This document shows, piece by piece, positions 30,555 to 32,000 of a stretch of 32,000 bases of DNA. Source of the DNA: Fibrobacter succinogenes subsp. succinogenes S85 (GTDB lineage: Bacteria > Fibrobacterota > Fibrobacteria > Fibrobacterales > Fibrobacteraceae); assembly GCF_000146505.1 (NCBI RefSeq), contig NC_017448.1:1680001-1712000 (forward strand), read 5' to 3'. The notes under the pieces were generated by a model. The model searched no databases. It saw nothing but the letters and a program-made list of their open reading frames with translations, and was not told where the DNA came from. Position 1 is the stretch's first letter. The number at the start of each line of letters is the position of its first letter. Made by a program: the position numbers and the translations under genes.

Positions 30555-32000
30555 TTAGTCCTTGATGCAGCGGACATACGATTCAGCCATACTCGGAAAT
30601 TCATCTCCATAGCAACTGTATCTATCTACCGCAGAGCATGCCCTATTGTATTCATCAACCACGTAAAAATCATACTCGTCCGAAGTCAGCCCAAATCCAG
30701 TCGGATTACCCAAGAAAGTACGATGCAAATAATCCCCGACCAACCCTTTTCTGTCAATATTTTCGTGCTTCTTCGGAACAGTCGGATTATACGATTCCAC
30801 CATATAATCCAGCAAAGAATCCATTTCCCCACGCGTGGGAATATGCCAGCCATTGGGGCAAACGCCTTGATACACGCCCTTTTCAACCATAACGGAATCC
30901 ATATGTTGACGATACTTCAATGTATCAAGACTCCGTTCAAGGCCTTCTTCACACTCATTCCAGAAATCAGACTCTTCACACTCCGGGCAATCTTTCAAAT
31001 GGCGCTGAAAGCACATTTTTCTTGTTTCAATTATCGAAGCGTCCAAGCTAAAAGCGCCACCGACATCGTACATGCCACAACAGCTCGCTCGATGTTCGCA
31101 AGGCACCTGCAATTCAGAAGCGTTATAGTCCAAGCGTTCTGCGAGCCAAGTCTGCGTTTTTCCATTTATATCATAGGTCACGGTCTTATACGTTTTTCCA
31201 TCACGTTCATCCGTCATCGTTCCCATGGAATGTTTCATTTCTTTATACGAAAATTCCCATCCCTCTGAACGACATGTCAACATAATGTTTTTGTCGAGAA
31301 TTTCAAAAGCTTTTCCCTCATTTTCTGCAGTGCACAAGCCCGCATCAAGCAAATGAGCTACGAAGGATTTCAAGAAGAGAAGATTTCTACGAGATTTTTC
31401 AATGTCCAACATGGCATACTGATCTAGATCGTCATCATTCTCCGCACGAGTCATGTTCCAACTAAGGTCATTCAGCATATTCAGCGATTCCGTCAAGAAT
31501 CGCGTCTTCAAAAATTCCGTACCGCAAGTAAGATTGCCGCACTTTTCAATTTTTGCAACAACCGTATCCTCTGTCGTATATTTCATAAAATCTTCGATAA
31601 ACGCCATGTAGATTCTATAGTTAGGATCTTGCACATTTTCAGCTTCGGGTTTATCAAACAAATTAGCATAAAAACCAAACGATTCAAGAACTTCCTTGCT
31701 TGCCTGTTTTTTGGCTTCAGCAAAACTCATTCCAAATTTCATCAGATAACGAGCTCGAATACTTTCAAAGTACGTCTTCTTGTCAACGGCAAAGGCATTC
31801 GCATCCCGAACATCAACAATATTATAGCGTCGATTGGAATAATCCGTCGAAAGCATAACATAAGGACTTTTCAAAGATAAACTATCAATAACAATGCTAT
31901 CGATATCAGGAGTTACCAAATACAAAGGTTTACTACTAAAATTCCAACTATAAGGAACTCTTCTCGTGGTATCAAAAGTTACAGAATCAAGTTCATATAT
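30555..32000 (-). CDS. FISUMP (TIGR02145-type) domain protein, intact paralog of the split gene; 5' end beyond the right window edge (partial)
   Basis: The frame is open from the stop at 30555 through position 32000; the track's TTG at 31925 is not the real start. Hallmarks are MTDERDGKTYKTVTYDINGKTQTWLAERLDY, CPNGWHIPTRGEMDSLL and the C-terminal YVRCIKD. Confidence 0.85.
   Translation of the reverse strand: MYELDSVTFDTTRRVPYSWNFSSKPLYLVTPDIDSIVIDSLSLKSPYVMLSTDYSNRRYNIVDVRDANAFAVDKKTYFESIRARYLMKFGMSFAEAKKQASKEVLESFGFYANLFDKPEAENVQDPNYRIYMAFIEDFMKYTTEDTVVAKIEKCGNLTCGTEFLKTRFLTESLNMLNDLSWNMTRAENDDDLDQYAMLDIEKSRRNLLFLKSFVAHLLDAGLCTAENEGKAFEILDKNIMLTCRSEGWEFSYKEMKHSMGTMTDERDGKTYKTVTYDINGKTQTWLAERLDYNASELQVPCEHRASCCGMYDVGGAFSLDASIIETRKMCFQRHLKDCPECEESDFWNECEEGLERSLDTLKYRQHMDSVMVEKGVYQGVCPNGWHIPTRGEMDSLLDYMVESYNPTVPKKHENIDRKGLVGDYLHRTFLGNPTGFGLTSDEYDFYVVDEYNRACSAVDRYSCYGDEFPSMAESYVRCIKD

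Noticed and set aside
1-32000. tRNA, rRNA, tmRNA, RNase P or SRP RNA genes
   Set aside because: I found no GTTCGAATC/GGTTCRANYC T-arm-like boxes with cloverleaf context, no rRNA-like conserved blocks, and no GGAGGAAAGTCC (RNase P) or SRP domain IV motifs. The gaps between CDSs are all 303 nt or shorter and are accounted for by promoters, terminators and the repeats described.

Overview
This window reads as a chromosomal segment of a Fibrobacter (F. succinogenes-like) genome. The call rests on three proteins with the 'Fibrobacter succinogenes major paralogous domain' (TIGR02145-type: RDG..Y.TV...W.AENL, CP.GWHIPT, C-terminal VRC[VI]K) and one TIGR02147-family protein. I support about 27 protein genes, mostly on the minus strand. 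I recognise no rRNA, tRNA, CRISPR array, transposase or integrase.

Housekeeping content:
- an mlaD-like / ptsH / ptsI / secreted-repeat-protein string
- a stand-alone rpoC with its own sigma70-like promoter and no rpoB upstream
- an M16-like lipoprotein / orphan secreted protein / trmH operon
- two Bat-type VWA genes split by an antisense membrane protein with a degenerate GGDEF domain (RDNQF)
- azlCD and mltG
- an archaeal-type GGGP synthase (PcrB family)

The most system-like feature is a tightly overlapping six-gene minus-strand operon (25759 to 18822). It encodes a small two-TM protein, an intact ABC ATPase, an ABC-2 permease, two PilT-family proteins with degenerate catalytic motifs, and a patatin-like protein ending in an outer-membrane beta-barrel. 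One PilT-like protein also has a T2SSE_N/MshEN-like N-domain and a long Ala/Pro-rich linker. I know of no described module with this composition.

Other observations:
- dispersed intergenic arrays of shuffled GT-initiated heptamer 'words' and a 14-mer family, both rich in stop codons
- a frameshift-split lipoprotein paralog
- paralog duplication that includes the 3' UTR and terminator
- an NTDFDGD variant of the RNAP active-site motif and a roughly 68-aa rpoC insertion

All functional calls come from reading motifs by eye. No database search was run.
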